A stretch of DNA of 64,000 nt, from positions 10,420-74,419 of the forward strand of contig CAIWMA010000393.1 in the NCBI GenBank assembly GCA_903913645.1, in the 5' to 3' direction. Both the position numbers and the translations under genes were made by a program. This DNA comes from an uncultured Bacteroidales bacterium (GTDB taxonomy: Bacteria > Bacteroidota > Bacteroidia > Bacteroidales > UBA4417). Positions 1 through 12,073 of this stretch are shown here, piece after piece (the first letter of the stretch is position 1; every line of letters starts with the position of its first letter). The notes below the pieces were generated by a model, which saw only the letters and a program-made list of their open reading frames with translations, was not told the origin of the DNA and ran no database searches.

Positions 1-3000
1 GATCGATAATAACAATAAAACCATTAGGCCCGCCATCAGGGCAGGGATAAGTTGTTCCGCCTGTTTGAGTCCAGATAGTTTTATCAGTCCAGTTTCCATT
101 AGCATTACTAGTATATACCGGAATATCAGGTGGGAATGCGGAACTGATTCCTGCAGTATATTCCCCGCCAAGATTGTTTGAGCCGGTGTGATTAAAAGTT
201 AATATATTATTTGTTGCATCAACTGTATTAGTCATGCTCCAGCTGGTTCCGGGCACTATTAACCTGGCATCAAGGTAATTGCTTTCCTGAACACCCCTTA
301 CATCACTTTGTTGATAGTTGAAGGTGAGACTTCCTGTTAAACTTGTTAGTCCCGAACTAGTCACCGTCCAATAATAATCGAGGGCATTGGCAGGATCAAT
401 TACTACGGGATGTCGTTGGTTGATATTACTTATTTGAACATATCCAACAGTACTTCCTGCTGATATAGTTAAAGTTGCAGGTGTGTATTTATCCAGGCAT
501 CCGATAGGGAATACGAAGGCTGCTGATGGTCCGGCAGGGAATAGTTTACGAACTCCTTCATCGCTGAATACACCATCAGTTTTTATCATTTTATTCCAAC
601 TGTAAGGCGCTCCCTGAATATTGCTTTGCAATCCTAACGATAGCAGATTTTGATTAATGTCAAGAATACCCAGAGTAAGAACCAGGTTTTCTTCCATGGA
701 GATATCATTTAGAGCCTGAACTCCGAATCCATTATTTATTTCCAGACGCCCAAAACTTCCACTACCTGAAAGATATTGTTTTGATGCGCCAACAAGTTTT
801 ATACCTGTGTTTGCAAGATTTGAATCGGTAAACCTTCCGTTGTTAACAAAATTGCTTGACACTTGCACCAGATTCGATCCCAAAATGAGATTGCCTGAAC
901 TTAATGTCATATCATTCAATATATTACAAGTGCTATTAACTGTAAGCGTAGCTCCGGGATTCGCCTGGAGATTGTAAAAGTTAGTTGACCCGGTTATGCT
1001 TTGTGCGCCAAGATAGGACGAACTGTTTAAAGCGCTGAAAACTGTAAGGTTTGTACCTGCGATATAACCTCCCGTACCAACAGCATTTACAAAATTCCCG
1101 TTAAAAGTTGTATTAATGTTGTTTGTATTAAAAATGCTATTGGTCGATATGTTTAAATCTCCGTTCAGGATTAAAGGGCTTACCATCAGCTTAGTAGTTG
1201 CGACATTTCCTGCTGTACCTGATATGGTGAGATGATTTAAAGGTGTATTGGCATCAACCAGGAATGTTTGTGCTCCATTTGTACCCGGCGAAAATATCAT
1301 TGTGCCGCCGGTAACGTTTCCGGTTTGCGGTCTCAGGTATAAGTCGCCAAAAGTGGTTCCACCGCCTCTGATAAACGTGATTGTACCATTCGACATGGTA
1401 AAACTGCTGCCATTGTTCAATACTTCAAGTTTAGCATTTGCTGCTAGTGCTGCTTGTCCGTTAATTGTAACTGTTCCGCCGCTCTGAATGTAATTCAGTA
1501 TTCCCCCGGCATTGGAAGGATTGCGCCTGATTTGCCCGTTTACAACCAGGTTTCCTCCGCGGACATCAATTGTTGATGCACCCCCGCTTGAATATTCAAT
1601 ATCGTTGTTATTAACCGTAGTTCCGTTTGTTGGCCCAACGTAAACATTGCCATTGAGCAGCGTTAACTTTCCATAGAGATATAAGTCATTCGTATTTGAA
1701 TTGCTATTTGCAATTAGTATGTTCTTATTTCCTGTATTTGAATAATTTACATATAATCCGGCTGTTGCTGGAATAGTAAACGCGGAAGCAGCCGAAATAG
1801 TAAAATCCGATCCCGGATTGGTCCGCATATAACGAAGAGTGCCATTTTGAAGTGTAAGCCAGTTGTCTGCAAGAGTGGTTAATGCTCCTCCAATATTTAA
1901 AGTGAGTGTAGTTGCCTGCGAATTTCCTTTATTAACAACAACTTTATTTAAAATAGTAGTAGCACTGGTACCTGATATGGATGCATTGTTTGAACCCTGG
2001 AATATTAAGTCACAATAATAGCCGGAATTAAGTAATCGTACATATGGCGCGGCGCTTGAATTATTCACAAAGTTTCCGCCAATAGCCATAGTATTTGGTT
2101 GTGGAGTTCCGGCCGGCACGCCGTAAACAGCTGGTTGCATATCTATGTAGCCATTTGTGCCTACAGTAACATTTCCGTCAATAATCAGGTGCTGGGGTAT
2201 GATCTCAGGCATAAATATAAATGTGCCTGTGTTGATATTCAGATTGCCGGTTATGTGTATTGTTTTTTCAATAGTCGGATTATAAATTACAGAATTATAT
2301 GGAGCAATATTGGTGTTCCAACTCACTGCTATCCATGCATTGGCATTATCGCCTCCGCAAGTTAAATCCCCTTTAATTGTTGTTAAAGCATTATTAGGCA
2401 GAACTAAATTATCACCACCTTTTGCAGTAACCATCAGATTACCGTAAGTAGCAACATTAGAAGGTAATATATAAAGTGCACCTGTAGCCCCGTCAATATC
2501 ATAAAACTCAGTAGTGCCTTGGTTGTTGTTGAAGTCCGAAAAATCGCTGTTGGCAGGAAATGAAAACAATTTTGGTACATTGGCGCCTGTTACACTTGTT
2601 GTAAGTCGGAATAAGCCATTTCCCAGAGGATGAGTTAGCACAATACTAAATTTGCTGGTTGTCCATGTATAAATATCCAGAACGGAACCTGCCTGAATCT
2701 GTAAACTAGCACAATTGGCTGCTGCAGTTAAGTTCACTGTATTGTTATTACCTATTACTACAACATCGGTTGCTCCAGGGAATGTGGCAGCAGCAGCTCC
2801 CGTATGCTTTAAAACGGGGTCGGTAGACCAAGTTGTATTTAAATTCCATTGTGCGCTTGCACGGCTGTAAAATACGGTCGGGGCGCCAAATGGATCCGTT
2901 GCTACATCATCGCCTGCAGTATAATCTCCATCAATAATGGCAACATTTTCCAGGAAATTTCCGGTTCCGGGTTCTCCGATAATATTATTGACTTTATCTA

Positions 3001-6000
3001 CATCATTAACGGTACCCTTCGACCAGGCAAAAGTTGTATTATTAAATCTTGCTGCTACATACCCTGATTCATCTGCATCCCCGGAAGCTGCTGGAACATC
3101 ATTCTGGCTATATGTAAAACCATGGGATACTGTGGCAGATCCAAGAGTGAAACCTGTCGATTTTACATGCCAGTAATAGGTAAGGCTGCGTCCTTTAAAC
3201 TTGGTAGCCGGATGTTCGTACCCAACCGGATTAACCGTTATAGTTCCAGCGGCTGTTGGAGTGCCATTAATACTTATAGTTGCTGGTGAGTAATTTGCTG
3301 ATACATGGCTGGCTGATGGCGATCCGATAGGAAAAGTAAAAGAAACTGCTGCATTGTATACCTTACTGAGTCCTCCATCTCCAAGTACACCGGAAGTTTG
3401 TATATATCTGTTTGAATTGGCTCCTGAAATTGTAGCCAGGGCAGTTAGTTTAAGGTTATTGCTTTGAATATTAAATACTTTATAGCCGGTTGCAGAACCA
3501 GAAAAAGTGAGTGTCCCGTTTATAGTGGTATTTGAGTTTAAAACTACTGAAGCTGAACCGTTTGCAGGTTTATTTAATTCAAGATTTGAAAATTCACCGG
3601 TACCATCTCCGTCTATAGATTGGTTACCATCGTTGATCAGGACAATTTTTCCGGTTCCTGAATGAACCCCGGCATTATATATGTTACCTGACGCATTTAC
3701 TGTTTTTCCATTATCGTTCAGGCCACCTTCAATAATCATCAGGGAATCAGCAACATTCATCGAAGGTTGAGTTCCAGTTAAAGTCAACGGAATTCCAGCT
3801 GGTTTATCGATTTTAAGTTTATTGAGGTTAAGGGCTGCACCCAAGTTAATAGCAAAATTCTGAGCAGCTGATCCATTGAAAATAGTTCTGTTGCCACTTG
3901 TCCCGGTACATGTATAAGTTGTTCCTGATGCTATATTGAAATCACCGCCAACTATAATGTCCTGCAGATTAGCATCTAAAACTCCAGATTGTAAATCAAT
4001 ATTCTGGAATATTACAAGTGGGTTCGAGTTCAATGCTACCTTTGATGTGCCACTAACTCTGTTAACAAGTAGGTTTGCAAATGGTGCTTTGGAATTAATG
4101 AGGTAATCCATATCGGTACCAGTCCCGGTAATGGGTAAAACCTGAACTGTACCTCCTGTTACATTGATATTGGATGCAGGGCAACCAATAAATGCTGCAT
4201 AAGAGGTGGCTGTGGTGCCGGTAACATCATAAATTGAGATATTTCCTCCTGACATGATGAATCCATTTGCCGGATTCGTATTGAGATGAAAAGTTCCAAT
4301 TCCTGCATTTCCATCTGTTATATTTGCTCCCCGGGTTGTGTTGATCGTAGGAATAGCCAGGTCATCAGGAATTGTGTAACTGATATTATTCTGGAAACGC
4401 CCTCTTAGGATTACAGTTCCTCCGCTTTGCCTGTAGGTAATCAGCCCGGTATTAGACCCTGAACCATCATCAATTTGTTTGGTATCCAGAATCCCTCCGT
4501 TGAGAATTAGCTGTCCTGAAGAATAGCTCCAATAAAGAATCCCGGCAGATTCACGGGTTGATAAATAACCACTGTTAATTTGTAATTTACCAAGTATCGA
4601 GAGTCCGCTTACATTTGTTGCTCCGGTATTAATACCATACAATACATTTGATCCTCCGGTGAGGCTATATGCAGCCTGAACTTCAGTATAATCATCTGCA
4701 GTTGAAAGCACTATAACTTCGGTTCCATCGAGTACAATCGCTCCGTTAGCAGGAATATAATAATGGGAAGCTGGCGGCCCGGCAGTTGCTCCTTCTGACA
4801 AAGAAGGGATTACGGTTAAACCTTGCAATACAAGCGTGCCATTCCTGACCCAGAGTGCTTTCTTGAGATCGGGATTAGCTACTGTTGAATTAGCACTCGG
4901 CGCGTTATTAGCGCCAAATAACCTGAAGTTTGAATAAGCATTGGAATAAACTGTTAGCTTGAATGTCTGATCTGTACCTTTATCAACGATCAGGTTATAA
5001 AAATCTGTCGTTCCGTTGCATAAGAGTTGGTTGTTGCTGCTTCCCTGGAAATAAACAGTTGCTGCACCGGTCAATGTAAAAGCATCATATTTAGGAGCAG
5101 TTTGATTTGTCAGTCTTACTGTTCCATTATTGTTGAAATCACCCTGTATTATAACACTGTGGGTTTCATTATTATAATAGTTTAAAAATGGAGCTGTACC
5201 ACCATTTGATACAGTAAGTGGAGCATCGGATCCGGTAACTGTATTACCTGTTCCAACTGTTATTGAAGCACCTGCATCAACAGTTACATTCCCCTTGATG
5301 GTAATTTGCCGTCTGTTGGCAGTTGTATTATTGATCTGGTAAGTTCCTTTTTTAACATTAAGATTACCATTAATAACCAGGTTGTTTATTTGCCTGGCTA
5401 TTTCACCAACATTGTTGATCGTAAGGTGATAATAAATTGTTTGTGAAGTTGAAAGGTCAAATGCTCCTGAAGTTTTATACTCTGTATTACCTCCATCAGT
5501 TGTTACAAATGTATTATTTGTAACCGAAGGAAAATTTGCTGAAGCCAACTGTAAAGTGCCTCCTCCGCGCAAAGCAGTAAGAGTGGTTGTAAACCTGAAC
5601 GTCGATTGATCGAGGATACCACCTGCCTGCACAGTGATATCATGATTTGTAGTGGCTACATCTGCTGTTAGTGTAACTGTTCGGCCCGTAAGAATGACAA
5701 CTTTATCTGAATTGCCTGGAAATGTTGTGATAGGCCCCGTTGATCCACCCGGATCATAGGTCCAGGTACTTGGCTGGTTCCAGTTCCCGGATTGATAGGA
5801 ATAGTAAATGGCAGTCATTGAGGTTGTTACGGTATGAGTTGAACTTAATGGTCCATCGCACCCTGTTGCCGTTGCTGTTATTACGCTTGACCCTAACCAG
5901 CCTGCAGCAAATGTAATGCTTCCTGTTGTAGCCGAAATTGTATTTCCTCCTGCAAGGCTTGCAGCATCAAGCGAATATGTAATTCCTGTATTGTTAGCAG

Positions 6001-9000
6001 CTGTTGCGGAATAAGGAAGTGTTCCTGCTCCCTGAGACCTGGATGAAGATGGTCCAAGTGCAAAAACAGGTGATCCTACCGAGGGAGTGATTGTAATGCT
6101 GCTAGTAGCCGATACAAGGGAGCATCCGCTGGCAGCAGGGATTGTATTTGTAACTACATAAGTACCAGCAACACTGGCTGCCAGATTTATCTGACCGGTA
6201 GATGTATTTACGAAAACCAGGCCGGTACTTGAAGAAAAAGTTCCAGCTGTTCCGCCGCCACTTAATGTTGGAACCGGGTTTGCTGCTCCCTGGCAATAGG
6301 GACTGCCTGTATAACTGAAAGTTGCAACAGGAGCAGGATTAATCGTAACTGTGATAGGGTAACCTATACTTGAGCAAACAGGGTAAGTGGTAGCAACTGT
6401 TAGTATGCCGTTATACGTGCCTGGTGTAATATTCCATGGTACATTAATTGAGATAGGACTGGCTGGTAAACCCCAACCTGGAATATCACCTAATCCGGCG
6501 GTATTGGCTGCTGCATCGAAATCAATACTGAAAGCTGAAGGGCTTCCGGTAGTTGCCGAGTAAGTGAGGAGAGCAGAAGTAACACCGCTGCATATGGATG
6601 GGTTTAGTCCAAGAGTAATTGTTAATGTTGGATTTACCGTCATTGAAAAGCTGGTTGAATACAGTGCAGGACAACTACCACTCTGTACCAGGGCACGATA
6701 TTCCCAGATTCCACCTGAAGAAGGGGTCTCGGAATAGGTGGTTGATGTATTCGAAATATTTGACCAAGCTCCTGAGTTAAGCCGCTTCTCCCAGCGTGTA
6801 ATAGTGCCTGTGCTTCCATTCAAAGTAAATGTACCTGTCGAAGAACCTTCACAAATAGGGGTTGAACTGCCGCTTATCCAACCCCCAACTGTATTTGCAT
6901 CAACTGAAATTGAAGTTACAGCTGAGTAGACAGATGCGCAAGTTCCGTTTTGAATTAATACTCGGTAATCCCATGTGCCAGCTGCAAATGGTAATTCAGA
7001 AAAGGTAGAATTACCACCGTTGCCAACATTTATCCAGCCTCCTGAATTTAGCTGGTGCTCCCATTGTACAATTGAACCGGCAAAACCTGCCTGCGTTAAT
7101 GTGCCTGTGCCTGCACCAAGGCAAAGAGGAGATGCGCTACCTGTAATAGCTCCTCCTGTTGAACTGGGATTGATCGTAAGAGCAGTACTGGCATCATTTG
7201 CGGAAAATAAGTTTGCGTTTCCGGAATATGCAAATGAGATGGTAAAAGGTGACCCTAAAACGGGAATAGTAGCCGAGGTGTAGTTAATAGAAAATCCCCC
7301 GGTACCATTTGTGATAGAAGTATTTTGAGTATTTCCATTTATCGTAACACCAATTGCTTCACCTATGGCTGGATAAGTTGGTCCGACAGCACTTACAGTT
7401 CCAGCAAGCGTTATTGTTGACGTTCCAAAACATATACTTTGGCTGGCAGTAAGCCCGGAAAAAGAAGGAGAAAGGGATCTGGTATCCGTAGTAACCGTCA
7501 AAATTCCTGTTGTTGCTGCAAAATAAACATTATCTTTATTTGTAGCTGCAGAAGAAGATGATCCCCAGGTGCCGTTTATTTTATTAAAAGTGGCTAGTTT
7601 AAGAGTTCCTACACTAATATTTAATCCCCCGGTTATATTCGCTGAAGCTCCATTGATTAAAAGATTTCCTGAAACAGCGGTTCCTGTGGTAATAGTTTTT
7701 GCTCCACTCCCGGAAAAAATCAGGTTGTTGTAAGTAACAGCTCCAATTGTTTGTGCACCTGCAGCATTCCATTCAACTGTTCCGCTATTGGCCGTAAAAG
7801 TTCCAGTTGTTCCACTAACACTGCCTCCAATTTTTAACAGACTTGATCCGCCTTCCAGTGTGCCATTTGTTCTTGTCCACGCTCCTGTAAAAATATGGGT
7901 CAAACCGATTCCCATGTTTAGTGTTCCTCCTGTTCCGTTAATTGTTAGCCCCGCACCGCTCACATTTCCGGTAAAAGTAGCTGTGCCGGCAGTTTTTGTC
8001 ATAGTAACAGTTCCTGTAGTAGAAAATCCAGCAATACTCTGGTTTGCTGTTCCACCAATTGTTACTCCTCCTGCCGCACCGCTAACAGAAACACCATTAT
8101 TAAAAAGGTCACCATTTAATGTTAATAAAAACGATGACAAAGCAAAAGTTATGTTGGTATTGACTGTTAATGTTCCGTTAGTGGTAGTAGCTGCACTTAA
8201 GGTCTTAGTACCAGAACCGGAAAGTATGAGATTCGAATAATTTAAGCCTGCAACATTTTGGTTGGCAGCATCATAAATAACTGTCGAACCTGATAGAAAA
8301 GTATTAGTTGTATAATTTGTAGGAAATGTGCCGCCAATAAGCAGTATACTTGTGCCGTCAATACTTAATGTACCACCGGCAGCACTTCGGTTTGCAGTAA
8401 AAGTAGCCAAATCGAGGGTTGCACCTGTTTGTATTGTAAGATTTGCTCCAATAGTGGTATTAGCTCCTAATGTTTTGACTCCAGAATTAGAAGCAATAAG
8501 ATTATTGTAGGTAGCTCCCCGAATAATTTGTGCGCCCGTACCATTATAGTTTACTGTTCCGGTTCCACATGTAAAAGTACCTGTAGATGTATTATTGCCA
8601 GCAATATTAAGAGTTCCAGTTCCTATTGTCAGTGTACCGCCTCCCGACATGATGCCGGACATTGTAAGTGTATTGGTTCCTATAGCTAAAGTTACTAATC
8701 CCGGAGCTGAATTCATTGTTACATCACCAATATGACTTGATGTAGCTAAATTATAAGTCATTACTCTGGCAGTAGCATTAGTTGTAAGAAGAACTACATT
8801 GTGAATATCACCAGCTGTTTCTCCGACGTAGCCAGTCTGACCTGGATATGTAGCATTTGTTGCTGCCCCTGATTTTACCCAGCCCGCTGTATTCCAGGTT
8901 GTTCCAGCAGTCATGGTTCTGGTAAAAGTTGTTTGCCCCCATCCCAATGTACTTAGCCCTGAAAAAACAAATAAAACAGCGACAAACAATATCGTCTGCA

Positions 9001-9052
9001 AATTTAGTCTACAAGTGGATTTTGTTTTTTCTATAAGCATATCAAGAAACAT
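1..9052 (-). CDS. giant secreted beta-helix / Ig-like repeat surface protein (adhesin-like); 5' end present, 3' end truncated by the window edge (>3000 codons)
   Basis: Absent from the ORF track because it has no stop inside the window. Manual minus-strand translation from ATG 9052 (or ATG 9040) gives [43 protein letters not shown] (signal peptide), then G/T/N-rich [12 protein letters not shown] / [14 protein letters not shown] beta-helix-like repeats. The same frame (codon top coordinate = 1 mod 3) was spot-translated at ~7090, ~6800, ~6300, 5821-5762, 3178-3161, 2878-2822, 379-359 and 121-59 and read as sensible protein with no stops. An in-frame stop would have produced a listed minus ORF starting at 9052/9040, and none is listed. 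An in-frame TAA at 9080-9082 bounds the 5' end. The P/V-rich plus-strand ORFs at 1248-9125 are its antisense shadow. Confidence 0.8.
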   Translation of the reverse strand, partial: MFLDMLIEKTKSTCRLNLQTILFVAVLFVFSGLSTLGWGQTTFTRTMTAGTTWNTAGWVKSGAATNATYPGQTGYVGETAGDIHNVVLLTTNATARVMTYNLATSSHIGDVTMNSAPGLVTLAIGTNTLTMSGIMSGGGTLTIGTGTLNIAGNNTSTGTFTCGTGTVNYNGTGAQIIRGATYNNLIASNSGVKTLGANTTIGANLTIQTGATLDLATFTANRSAAGGTLSIDGTSILLIGGTFPTNYTTNTFLSGSTVIYDAANQNVAGLNYSNLILSGSGTKTLSAATTTNGTLTVNTNITFALSSFLLTLNGDLFNNGVSVSGAAGGVTIGGTANQSIAGFSTTGTVTMTKTAGTATFTGNVSGAGLTINGTGGTLNMGIGLTHIFTGAWTRTNGTLEGGSSLLKIGGSVSGTTGTFTANSGTVEWNAAGAQTIGAVTYNNLIFSGSGAKTITTGTAVSGNLLINGASANITGGLNISVGTLKLATFNKINGTWGSSSSAATNKDNVYFAATTGILTVTTDTRSLSPSFSGLTASQSICFGTSTITLAGTVSAVGPTYPAIGEAIGVTINGNTQNTSITNGTGGFSINYTSATIPVLGSPFTISFAYSGNANLFSANDASTALTINPSSTGGAITGSASPLCLGAGTGTLTQAGFAGSIVQWEHQLNSGGWINVGNGGNSTFSELPFAAGTWDYRVLIQNGTCASVYSAVTSISVDANTVGGWISGSSTPICEGSSTGTFTLNGSTGTITRWEKRLNSGAWSNISNTSTTYSETPSSGGIWEYRALVQSGSCPALYSTSFSMTVNPTLTITLGLNPSICSGVTSALLTYSATTGSPSAFSIDFDAAANTAGLGDIPGWGLPASPISINVPWNITPGTYNGILTVATTYPVCSSIGYPITVTINPAPVATFSYTGSPYCQGAANPVPTLSGGGTAGTFSSSTGLVFVNTSTGQINLAASVAGTYVVTNTIPAASGCSLVSATSSITITPSVGSPVFALGPSSSRSQGAGTLPYSATAANNTGITYSLDAASLAGGNTISATTGSITFAAGWLGSSVITATATGCDGPLSSTHTVTTSMTAIYYSYQSGNWNQPSTWTYDPGGSTGPITTFPGNSDKVVILTGRTVTLTADVATTNHDITVQAGGILDQSTFRFTTTLTALRGGGTLQLASANFPSVTNNTFVTTDGGNTEYKTSGAFDLSTSQTIYYHLTINNVGEIARQINNLVINGNLNVKKGTYQINNTTANRRQITIKGNVTVDAGASITVGTGNTVTGSDAPLTVSNGGTAPFLNYYNNETHSVIIQGDFNNNGTVRLTNQTAPKYDAFTLTGAATVYFQGSSNNQLLCNGTTDFYNLIVDKGTDQTFKLTVYSNAYSNFRLFGANNAPSANSTVANPDLKKALWVRNGTLVLQGLTVIPSLSEGATAGPPASHYYIPANGAIVLDGTEVIVLSTADDYTEVQAAYSLTGGSNVLYGINTGATNVSGLSILGKLQINSGYLSTRESAGILYWSYSSGQLILNGGILDTKQIDDGSGSNTGLITYRQSGGTVILRGRFQNNISYTIPDDLAIPTINTTRGANITDGNAGIGTFHLNTNPANGFIMSGGNISIYDVTGTTATSYAAFIGCPASNINVTGGTVQVLPITGTGTDMDYLINSKAPFANLLVNRVSGTSKVALNSNPLVIFQNIDLQSGVLDANLQDIIVGGDFNIASGTTYTCTGTSGNRTIFNGSAAQNFAINLGAALNLNKLKIDKPAGIPLTLTGTQPSMNVADSLMIIEGGLNDNGKTVNASGNIYNAGVHSGTGKIVLINDGNQSIDGDGTGEFSNLELNKPANGSASVVLNSNTTINGTLTFSGSATGYKVFNIQSNNLKLTALATISGANSNRYIQTSGVLGDGGLSKVYNAAVSFTFPIGSPSASHVSANYSPATISINGTPTAAGTITVNPVGYEHPATKFKGRSLTYYWHVKSTGFTLGSATVSHGFTYSQNDVPAASGDADESGYVAARFNNTTFAWSKGTVNDVDKVNNIIGEPGTGNFLENVAIIDGDYTAGDDVATDPFGAPTVFYSRASAQWNLNTTWSTDPVLKHTGAAAATFPGATDVVVIGNNNTVNLTAAANCASLQIQAGSVLDIYTWTTSKFSIVLTHPLGNGLFRLTTSVTGANVPKLFSFPANSDFSDFNNNQGTTEFYDIDGATGALYILPSNVATYGNLMVTAKGGDNLVLPNNALTTIKGDLTCGGDNANAWIAVSWNTNIAPYNSVIYNPTIEKTIHITGNLNINTGTFIFMPEIIPQHLIIDGNVTVGTNGYIDMQPAVYGVPAGTPQPNTMAIGGNFVNNSSAAPYVRLLNSGYYCDLIFQGSNNASISGTSATTILNKVVVNKGNSQATTLTLNIGGALTTLADNWLTLQNGTLRYMRTNPGSDFTISAASAFTIPATAGLYVNYSNTGNKNILIANSNSNTNDLYLYGKLTLLNGNVYVGPTNGTTVNNNDIEYSSGGASTIDVRGGNLVVNGQIRRNPSNAGGILNYIQSGGTVTINGQAALAANAKLEVLNNGSSFTMSNGTITFIRGGGTTFGDLYLRPQTGNVTGGTMIFSPGTNGAQTFLVDANTPLNHLTISGTAGNVATTKLMVSPLILNGDLNISTNSIFNTNNINTTFNGNFVNAVGTGGYIAGTNLTVFSALNSSSYLGAQSITGSTNFYNLQANPGATLTVNSTCNILNDMTLSSGNLILGSNLVQVSSNFVNNGRFTDSNLANTGIKLVGASKQYLSGSGSFGRLEINNGFGVQALNDISMEENLVLTLGILDINQNLLSLGLQSNIQGAPYSWNKMIKTDGVFSDEGVRKLFPAGPSAAFVFPIGCLDKYTPATLTISAGSTVGYVQISNINQRHPVVIDPANALDYYWTVTSSGLTSLTGSLTFNYQQSDVRGVQESNYLDARLIVPGTSWSMTNTVDATNNILTFNHTGSNNLGGEYTAGISSAFPPDIPVYTSNANGNWTDKTIWTQTGGTTYPCPDGGPNGFIVIID

Positions 9053-9060
9053 CGACAGCA

Positions 9061-9068
9061 CAAAAGTA
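9061..9068 (-). promoter_or_regulatory. candidate Bacteroidota sigma-A -7 box (TACTTTTG = TAnnTTTG) upstream of the giant gene
   Basis: The minus strand reads TTACTTTTG at 9069-9061, an exact match to the Bacteroidetes -7 consensus TAnnTTTG. A TTTA lies about 20 nt upstream (9085-9088). The motif sits in the 85-bp gap between the chaperone stop and ATG 9052; given the spacing, ATG 9040 would then be the more likely start. Confidence 0.3.
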
Positions 9069-9137
9069 ACTGGATTTAATTATATAAAGTTTGAGAGTCT
9101 ATGGAGAGCCTGTAAAGGCCTTTAAGTGGGAAATAAA

Positions 9138-9995
9138 TTATTTTATAACAAATTCCTTTTCAGCGTATATCTCGGCTTTACCATCATTAGGTGCCTGGAA
9201 TTTAATCACCAGTTTCCCTTTGGAATAATCAACCCCGGGAACCTTGTGTAACTGCATTTTAAATTTACGGGTTTTATTAGGCGTGTATACTGCTATACCA
9301 CGTACAACTCCAACTTCAACCGGTTCTTTTTGTGCAGTAGCCCATAATACGGAAAGATCTCCATATACAGATTTATCACCAGTACGCTCAAATGTTATGG
9401 TAAGATTTGGTACGGTGTCACTTTTTACATCGAGATTTATAGCTGTAATGTCAACTTTTGCCTGCAGATCCCCATTGCGGATAATTACTGGAATGCTGAT
9501 ACCAAATATTGGTACGAGTTTTATACCAATAGAAGTTGTATCATTTGTAACTTGTTCTTCACCCAGAAGTTTCTCTGCCGGCACTGCCCTGAAATAAACA
9601 TGCGAGCGATATTCTCCGTTTTGCATATCCGGCATTTTGCGGTACTGCATTCGTATTACTTGGGATCCATTTGGAGGCAGAGTGACTGAACGGGGGAAAA
9701 ACCTGAGATATTTGTCAGCAAACAGCTGACCTTCTTCAGGTTGTTCAATCTGAACGAAACTTCCGTCCTCAGTCATCCTGTACTGTACAAAGGAGACGGT
9801 ATATTTTGCTGTATCAGCACCAGTATTGGCAAGAGTAAGTTCCTGCGAAAGCTTATTGCCTTCAAAAACAACCCTGCGTGGAGTAATTAACAAATTCCCC
9901 TGAGCGGTCGATTGATTGCTTACTAAAACTAATGCAAAAAAGATTGCCAGAAGGTAAAATTGTGCGATTCTGCTTTTGATTCCGGTATTTGTCAT
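9138..9995 (-). CDS. PapD-like periplasmic pilus/fimbrial chaperone (two Ig-like domains)
   Basis: ORF track 9138..10016 begins with a TTG; the first ATG is at 9995 (MTNTGIKSRIAQFYLLAIFFALVLVSNQSTAQG, signal peptide). The mature N-terminus NLLITPRRVVFEG..QELTLANTGADTAKYTVSF and the later FFPRSVTLPPNGSQVIRMQY and ISIPVIIRNG resemble the A1, F1 and G1 strand signatures of PapD_N-type chaperones, including an Arg at the equivalent of the subunit-carboxylate-anchoring Arg. The size fits two domains. Confidence 0.65.
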   Translation of the reverse strand: MTNTGIKSRIAQFYLLAIFFALVLVSNQSTAQGNLLITPRRVVFEGNKLSQELTLANTGADTAKYTVSFVQYRMTEDGSFVQIEQPEEGQLFADKYLRFFPRSVTLPPNGSQVIRMQYRKMPDMQNGEYRSHVYFRAVPAEKLLGEEQVTNDTTSIGIKLVPIFGISIPVIIRNGDLQAKVDITAINLDVKSDTVPNLTITFERTGDKSVYGDLSVLWATAQKEPVEVGVVRGIAVYTPNKTRKFKMQLHKVPGVDYSKGKLVIKFQAPNDGKAEIYAEKEFVIK

Positions 9996-10390
9996 GGCTC
10001 GTGAATTTTTCTTCAAACTTACATAATTTTTTTGACTCGGGGCATTGAAGTCCCAGCCATATCAATACGCAGTCATACAAGCTTCCGGAGTAATTATAGA
10101 GAGTACTATACTGTTAATAGTCAATGAGCTATTATGTAATATGGTTTTCATTAAAAAACCTTTGTTAATGCGATGTTTTTTGTAAAAGGCATTTTCCAGA
10201 TTGTTCAAAGTCACCCATGTAGTCAAAGAGCTGGGAATTTTTACTATCGTAATATGCTCCGCAATGAATTAAAAAGTTAATGAGCTCCGTAGTAATCTGC
10301 TGTTCACTTTTATTGCAATGACCGTATTCAATATGATTTACTGTTTGAAAAACGGGAGGCCAGAATTCGACCTTGAGAAATTATTATATA

Positions 10391-10424
10391 AAAAAAAGGG
10401 TGGAAGGAAAAACCATTCACACCC
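10391..10424 (-). terminator. Rho-independent terminator after subunit gene 10447..10959
   Basis: The minus strand reads GGGTGTGAATGG-TTTTT-CCTTCCACCC followed by T7-8 (plus-strand A-run 10391-10397). The stem has two single-nt bulges. It begins about 20 nt after the stop codon. Confidence 0.7.
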
Positions 10425-10446
10425 TTTTTTATATTTTTTGTATTAC

Positions 10447-10959
10447 TTAGTTGTAGTTAACAGTTACGTCAAAAGGAGTGCCTGATACATAAGTTCCTGC
10501 AGCTTGTCCTGCAGCTACATTTAAAGTCGCACCAACATCTACAGTTTGAGTTCCAGCAGCGCTTAATGTACCGGTTGTTGCAGGTACGCTTGTAAATGAA
10601 TTAACTGACATCGTATTAGTTCCTGATGTTACAGTTGTAGCTGTTGAAGGAAGCGTAATGGCATAAGTGTAATTGGCTGTACCTGTTATTGCAAAATGTG
10701 CAGCGGTTACTATACCGGGAACAGCTGGCAGAGTAACACCTCCTGTGATTGATCGTGTGCTTGCTGGAGCAAGAACTACAGTACCACCGGTTGCGCTAAC
10801 GGCTACATTACCGAAATTCATGTCACCGGAATTAGCAATAGCAATTGGAGTTACAATAGTGCCTGTAGCAGTTGCATTAGCTGTAACCTGAGCGTTAACG
10901 CTTAAAGAAGCAATTGTTATTAGAGCGATAAGCGAGAAAAGGATTGAGAAATTTTTCAT
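10447..10959 (-). CDS. DUF4402 / spore-coat-U(Csu)-like secreted fibre subunit, class 1 paralogue A
   Basis: 170 aa. Signal peptide MKNFSILFSLIALITIASLSVNAQ, then an alternating T/A/V strand (VTANATATGTIVTPIAI), a DMNFGNV motif and a T/A/G-rich body ending GATLNVAAGQAAGTYVSGTPFDVTVNYN-COOH. About 80% identical (my manual alignment, about 28 differences over about 147 mature residues) to 12703..13215. Confidence 0.7.
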   Translation of the reverse strand: MKNFSILFSLIALITIASLSVNAQVTANATATGTIVTPIAIANSGDMNFGNVAVSATGGTVVLAPASTRSITGGVTLPAVPGIVTAAHFAITGTANYTYAITLPSTATTVTSGTNTMSVNSFTSVPATTGTLSAAGTQTVDVGATLNVAAGQAAGTYVSGTPFDVTVNYN

Positions 10960-11027
10960 TGTTTTGATTTTTTTTTTTGAGTTTCTATTAGTTGGATTTA
11001 AATCGTTTTGAGCGATGCTAAATTAAA

Positions 11028-11043
11028 TTCATAAACCGTGCCA
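11028..11043 (-). promoter_or_regulatory. candidate sigma-54 type (-24/-12) promoter: TGGCACGGTTTATGAA
   Basis: The minus strand reads TTGGCACGGTTTATGAA, ending about 70 nt upstream of ATG 10959. The -24 half (TGGCACG) is perfect. The -12 half is ATGA instead of TTGC. The identical 16-mer recurs at 13283-13298 while the flanking sequence has diverged. A second TGGCACG lies at 11067-11061 with an even poorer -12 half. Confidence 0.5.
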
Positions 11044-11195
11044 AGTACTTTGAAATAGTGCGTGCCAAAGTCGAATATAGTTATGTTAAATTAGTTAAGT
11101 GTCATATGATCAACATTTTAAAAATTTATATATTTTATTTGATAAAAAATATTGATGTTAAATTGATAAAACACTAACGGAAAAATGTTATCATT

Positions 11196-11216
11196 TTGCG
11201 ACAAAGCCATTCGCAA
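11196..11216. promoter_or_regulatory. candidate enhancer (UAS) palindrome TTGCGA-N9-TCGCAA
   Basis: Perfect 6+6 inverted repeat with a 9-nt spacer, embedded in the conserved context AATGTTATCAttTTGCGAcaaagccatTCGCAAATTGAGAT. It starts 153 bp upstream of the TGGCAC box. A near-identical element sits at the same relative distance upstream of the paralogous gene (13452-13472). Confidence 0.5.
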
Positions 11217-12052
11217 ATTGAGATTAATATATATGATTCTTCATATCTCACTTCCTCTCACCCTAGACTGGCTGGATTCATTTTGACCAATATTAAATAA
11301 GTTTTTGGTTCATATTCCGAACTTCAGAATTTGGTTTCTTGTCGTTGGTATAAAGTGTTGCGTTTAATTGTATTGCAGGTTGTAAATATGTTTTTGTGAC
11401 CTATACGCCTACTGAATTTAATTTGCAGGCAATGTTATCGATTGAAATTTAAATTTAATAACAAAACTGTAACCGTTGAATGAATATGAATTTAAGAATT
11501 GAAAAGTTTTTTGACTTTATTTAGAGTAGTTATCTCGGAAGAACAAAGGAAATTAGGGATTTTAAACCCTTAACCCAGTTTAAACTTATTACTATTTTTA
11601 TTGAAATAGGAATTAATTGCTGAATATCTAAGGGTAAGTAAGTACTATAAATATATTTTTGATTTCTTTACTTTGTTTGTGATTTTTTTTGGATAAATGA
11701 ACTTAAAATCATTTGTTTGCCCAAACAGCTTTGAGATGCCTGGTTTATTGTGCAAAACCACCAAAGGATTAAACCTTTGATGGTAGTGCGGCTCAAAAAC
11801 AACGAATTATTCCAACTCTTAATTCGTATTTATAATGTTTTTGTTTCTTTTCTGTGATAGGATATATTTGCTGAATTGGGACATCCAAGTTTTAAAGATC
11901 CTAAGTTGGTTTATTATAATGAAATAGATTTTAAAACACTAATTTTTGCATTTGAAATAAGCCTGATGCAGATAATACAGCAATAAGTATTAAATCAAAC
12001 TGTGCCTGGTGATAAAGTTATATTTTAAGGTACCAATTAAAAGTGTTGCATA

Positions 12053-12073
12053 TTGAGACAGAGTCTTTCGCAA
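12053..12073. promoter_or_regulatory. degenerate third copy of the UAS-like palindrome (TTGAGA-N9-TCGCAA)
   Basis: One mismatch in the left half-site, same 9-nt spacer, and a partly similar left flank (AGTGTTGCATA vs AATGTTATCAT). It lies just 3' of the stop of 12088..12597. No matching TGGCAC box was found at the expected distance. Confidence 0.25.

Noticed and set aside
1248-9125. Series of plus-strand ORFs (1248-1487, 2099-2365, 2849-3176, 6738-7283, 7788-8240, 8328-8510, 8913-9125) with P/V/L-rich, low-complexity translations, plus minus-strand 6102-6296.
   Set aside because: They lie antisense to, or out of frame within, the continuous minus-strand giant ORF. Their composition is the mirror image of G/T/N-rich codons. 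None has a recognisable motif.
10168-10380. A 71-codon stop-free minus-strand frame between the subunit terminator and the chaperone gene (…HIEYGHCNKSEQQITTELINFLIHCGAYYDSKNSQLFDYMGDFEQSGKCLLQKTSH*).
   Set aside because: There is no ATG/GTG/TTG start until 17 codons before the stop and no recognisable motif. It could be a gene remnant, but an open stretch of this length can arise by chance. It is left unannotated.
10968-10978. T11 homopolymer (A11 on the coding strand) 9 nt upstream of ATG 10959, a possible slipped-strand phase-variation tract.
   Set aside because: It lies in the leader, downstream of the promoter-like box, so length changes would alter neither promoter spacing nor reading frame. 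The paralogous leader lacks it. An A-rich leader is normal for Bacteroidota translation initiation.
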